This document shows, in pieces, positions 61,748 to 64,000 of a stretch of DNA of 64,000 nt. Made by a program: the position numbers and the translations under genes. The DNA comes from Azolla caroliniana (lineage: Eukaryota > Plantae > Polypodiophyta): assembly GCA_043228905.1 (NCBI GenBank), contig JBHGNT010000017.1, forward strand, positions 2,852,001 through 2,916,000, given 5' to 3'. Within the stretch, counting starts at the first letter, position 1. Each line of letters opens with the position of its first letter. The notes below the pieces were generated by a model that saw nothing but the letters and a program-made list of their open reading frames with translations, was not told where the DNA came from and did not search any database.

Positions 61748-64000
61748 TGTTGAGAGACAAGCTCAACATCGGCCGGTTCGGCTGAAGAAGCCGAGGACCG
61801 GATCGGTTGGGACCGATCGGTTAGGCCGAGTGCGTAAACCGGGAGGTCGTTAGGAAAGATATTCCGTGAGGATTATATTTGGGAGTTAGTGTAGGAGCTC
61901 TTGATGAGCATTGAAGTACTGTCAGTACTTCGGTCAGTCCTTCTAGCACTTGTATAAAAAGTGTTCACTGAGCACGTCTTATGTACAGACTGAGTATTAT
62001 TGTTGAATATAGTTCTTTGTGTCTTCTCTCTGTCTCTCCTGCGTATACCGTGTAAGCTCAAGCTCTCCATTGAACCTGAGTTTCCTTCCTTCTGTTCGGT
62101 CTTCATACTTGCTTCCGCACGTTACTTTCTACATGGTATTAGAGCGCGAGGGTTGAGAACCTCTCTGCAGCCAACACAGCTTGACGAAGAAGAACGATGG
62201 ATAGAGGCATGGCAAGCTCGCTTCCAACAGAAAAGCTCGACAGAACCAACTACGCGTCTTGGTCCTACAAGATGCACCAGTACTTGCTCGGGCACGGCTA
62301 CTGGAGTTATGTCGAAGGAGCTAATGATGCAACACCCGAATCGACACACAGAGACTTCTCGTCGTGGGAGCAATTGGCGAGCAGGGTATTGTACTGCTTC
62401 GCGTCGTGTGTGGGCGAACAACTATTGAGCTATGTTCGGGATGCAAAGACGCTGAAGGGTGCGTGGGAAAATCTGAAGAAGATTTTCGCCGCGAGCACCA
62501 CAACCAGGAAGCTTCAGCTCCGACAGGAGTTGAGCAACCTACGGCAACGCGACTTGTCGGTGGCGGACTATACCACGAAGATCAAGGATATCTGCGACTC
62601 TCTCGCCTCCATAAAGGTGAACATCGAGGAGAGCGAGATGGTCCAGATCTGTCTCGGAGGTTTGGCGTCGAAGTTCGGAGCGTTCCGAACGGCTGTGTGT
62701 ACCCGGGAGAATACGCCGTCCTTTTTCGACTTACAGTCGATGCTCCTGGTAGAGGAGAACCACGCGGGTGCGTCAACGAGCATGCACACCGACAACAAGA
62801 TGTTGTACACGGAGGGAGAAAGACCCCGTGGTCGTGGCGGACGAGGCGAGTCGGTACGCAATGGAAGCGGCCGACGAGATCAAGGAAGAAGGCACCGAAG
62901 TGATGCCGACAGCAACTTCGGAACCTCCGGAAACAGGGGGAGTCGAAGCGATGAGAACCGGCAAGGGAAGGCCATCGTGGAGTGCTGGTACTGTGGCAAG
63001 AAAGGCCACAGGGAAAGTGAGTGCTGGAAGAAGCGCGCCGATTCGGAGAGAACCGGTTCTGGAAACGGCTCTAGACATACCGACAAGGGAAATCAGCAGC
63101 GATCGCACTACGCCGAAGACTCCGAGAGAGCCGGAGAAGGGCCTGCCTTCGTGATGAGACACGAAGCAAACTCAATGAAACAAAGCACCCCGGGATCGGA
63201 CGAGGTGTGGTATGTAGATTCCGGCGCGTCAAACCACATGACGAGCCATAAGGAGTGGTTCTCGTACCTTGAAAAACCGATACAACCTGGAGTAGTCGCA
63301 ACAGGAGACGACACTTCGCATCTGATCACGAATGTCGGAGAAGTTCCCCTTAGCCATGTCGGGCAGAAAGGGAAACTCATGAACGTGCTGCATGTCCCGA
63401 CTTGGTCTCGGTCGGACAGATCGTCGACCAAGGGATGGAGGTTCGGTTTACACACCTCGGGTGCTTCATTGAGGAAGAAGGCCGTGTGATTGCGCAAGGG
63501 CGTAGAGACGGGAGGATGTTCATCCTCGACTCCACTGACGGCGGCACCGCAATGTTCGCGAAGGGACAAAAGACCGAGTCGGACATCGACTTGTGGCACA
63601 AGCGGATAGGCCACGTCAACCACCAACGGCTTCAAGATCTGCAATCGAAACAGGTAGTGTTCGGATTGCCCAAGTTTAGTGGCCGAAAGGCACAAATTTG
63701 TGAAGCTTGCCAGCTCGGGAAGCAACACCGACTTCCTTTCCCCAACGAGCGAAACCGGAGCTGGAACAAGCTCGACCTTATAAACTCCGATGTATGGGGG
63801 GCGGCACAAAACGTTAGTCTTGGCGGGTGCCGATATTTTGTCTCCTTCATCGACGACCACACGCGGCACACGTGGATCTACCTCATTGAGAGGAAGAGCG
63901 AAGTCTTCGACTGTTTCCGGGACCTCAAAGGGTTCGTGGAAGCCAAAACGGGACGAAAGATCAAGTGCCTGCGGTCGGATGGCGGGAAAGAGTACTTTTC
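61748..64000 (+). mobile_element. Ty1/copia B2, 5' part (LTR 61748-62133, PBS, gag-PR-INT), same family as B1
   Basis: LTR homologous to 13065-13452; PBS TGGTATTAGAGC 62134-62145; ORF 62197-63489 with CWYCGKKGHRESEC and VDSGASNH; inserted in the gypsy integrase. Confidence 0.95.

Overview
This is eukaryotic, TE-saturated DNA, most likely from a non-seed land plant (inferred from Tcn1-type chromoviruses, a 4-bp-TSD/tRNA-Trp gypsy lineage and plant-type PEPC and RPS29 sequences). I found no intact resident host gene. The window is a stack of nested elements whose ends can mostly be closed by target-site duplications (TSDs). In the deepest nest, a copia element (from 29198) contains a TIR DNA transposon with an 8-bp TSD and a P-like protein remnant (30382-57794). 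That contains a full-length L1 LINE with a 15-bp TSD (31657-51031), which in turn holds three LTR elements (31758-37483, 37878-41413, 44159-48039). Five signals are not shown by the ORF track. (1) Four different gypsy LTR families carry a tRNA-like Pol III A-box/B-box module, always antisense in U3 and always with 32-33 nt spacing. (2) One chromovirus has captured into gag a full-length intronless ribosomal protein S29 cDNA (56 aa, below the ORF cut-off), fused to an inverted copy of its own tRNA-like LTR module. (3) That element has a Tf1-like 11-nt self-priming site. (4) There is an intron-containing, internally deleted PEPC gene fragment. (5) There are P-like and Sola2-like DNA transposon remnants. 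Family names come from motif recognition only; no database search was run.
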